Position numbers and translations under genes: made by a program. Under the pieces are notes generated by a model that was not told where the DNA came from, searched no databases, and saw nothing but the letters and a program-made list of their open reading frames with translations. Positions 35,237 to 35,576 of a stretch of DNA of 35,576 bases are shown here, one piece after another. Origin of the DNA: an uncultured Clostridia bacterium (GTDB taxonomy: Bacteria > Bacillota > Clostridia > Oscillospirales > Oscillospiraceae); assembly GCA_945487445.1 (NCBI GenBank), contig CALYTU010000001.1, positions 1 to 35,576 of the forward strand, in the 5' to 3' direction. Position 1 is the first letter of the stretch. The number at the start of each line of letters is the position of its first letter.

Positions 35237-35576
35237 GAAACAAACTTCGCAGAAACAATTTTTGTGAATAATAGTATATTTCCCCGGCAGGAAGAGAGAA
35301 GATGCAGGGCAATTTGCTGTTTTTGTAAAAAATGAGGGATTTTGCGGGAAATCGTGGAGCATTTTTCATGGTATTATACAAATAATCGGAGGTCCTGAAG
35401 ATCGTTCGGACTCCCACTTCCCGTGATGCTCGGCTGGAACTTCCGCAATCGTGCCTCCGCCGGAGCGATTTTGACATCGGTATAACCGCATGATTGTGCC
35501 CCTATTCAAATGCTGCCACAGCAGTATCTGTTCAGTATCCTGTCATTTCGAGGCGATTCATCGCCGAGAAATCCGT

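Noticed and set aside
35385-35425. A PurBox-like CCGAAC core (minus strand GAGTCCGAACGAT), and, on the + strand, GGCAGGAAGAGAGAAG (35287-35302), vaguely reminiscent of the PyrR-binding CCAGAGAGG loop.
   Set aside because: There is only one PurBox half-site, with poor flanks and no inverted partner 16-17 bp away. The PyrR-like string is on the wrong strand for the pyr genes and does not match the consensus loop or stem.
3093-35477. N-terminal extensions suggested by the ORF track for the IMPase-family gene (to 3968), the carrier (to 5361), the CBS gene (to 1188), iorA (to 15416), purD (to 23343), pyrK (to 34042), pyrC (to 35477) and lysR (15491).
   Set aside because: In each case the extension overlaps the upstream gene or an AT-rich promoter region and lacks an SD sequence. 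An internal start has a good SD sequence and matches the usual family N-terminus (for example MKIMVIGGGGREH for PurD and LLSGNEAIARGA for IorA).
35490-35576. A + strand ATG-initiated open frame running off the right edge (MIVPLFKCCHSSICSVSCH...), and a possible minus-strand gene end (...NRLEMTGY* near 35532).
   Set aside because: Both are under 30 codons inside the window, with no SD sequence and no recognisable motif. I cannot distinguish them from chance, so no feature is called.

Overview
This is a segment of roughly 58-60 % GC (estimated by eye). Its gene content looks like a strictly anaerobic Firmicute/Clostridia chromosome: Ptb/Buk, IorAB, class-1B PyrD/PyrK, and an AICARFT-only PurH next to an archaeal-type PurO. 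That taxonomic placement is inference only. I can support 31 protein-coding genes. I see no rRNA, tRNA, CRISPR array, transposase or integrase.

Layout:
(i) 43-5304: a PgsA-like CDP-alcohol phosphatidyltransferase (+) converges on a minus-strand block of AGCS amino-acid carrier, inositol-monophosphatase-family protein, lipoprotein M3B oligoendopeptidase and CBS-pair protein.
(ii) 5540-6913: murC (+), preceded by a base-perfect 51-bp tandem duplication of the divergent promoter region.
(iii) 7195-16393: the only clearly accessory unit. It is a tightly packed minus-strand operon, iorA-iorB-ptb-buk-aminotransferase-(long tryptophanase/tyrosine-phenol-lyase-family lyase)-MBL hydrolase, with a divergent LysR regulator and near-consensus back-to-back promoters.
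(iv) 16677-35165: seventeen co-directional minus-strand genes, pyrC-pyrK-pyrD-pyrF-pyrE-pyrB-pyrI-purE-purC-purF-purM-purN-purO-purH-purD-purL-guaB. They overlap or have gaps of 49 nt or less, except for one structured 94-nt spacer, and the array ends at a strong bidirectional terminator.

Most of the window is core metabolism, and I found no defence, toxin or mobile system.

The items most worth follow-up are:
- the LysR-controlled aromatic-amino-acid-type fermentation operon with its unusually long beta-lyase;
- the only purF in the pur array, which encodes a protein lacking the N-terminal catalytic Cys;
- the fusion of the pyr and pur clusters with no regulatory RNA I could recognise;
- a GC-rich candidate RNA switch in front of purD;
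- the perfect promoter duplication at murC.

The many long ORFs on the opposite strand of recognised genes are GC3-driven shadow ORFs. Small-motif coordinates were counted by hand and anchored to ORF-track coordinates, so expect an uncertainty of +/-1-2 nt.
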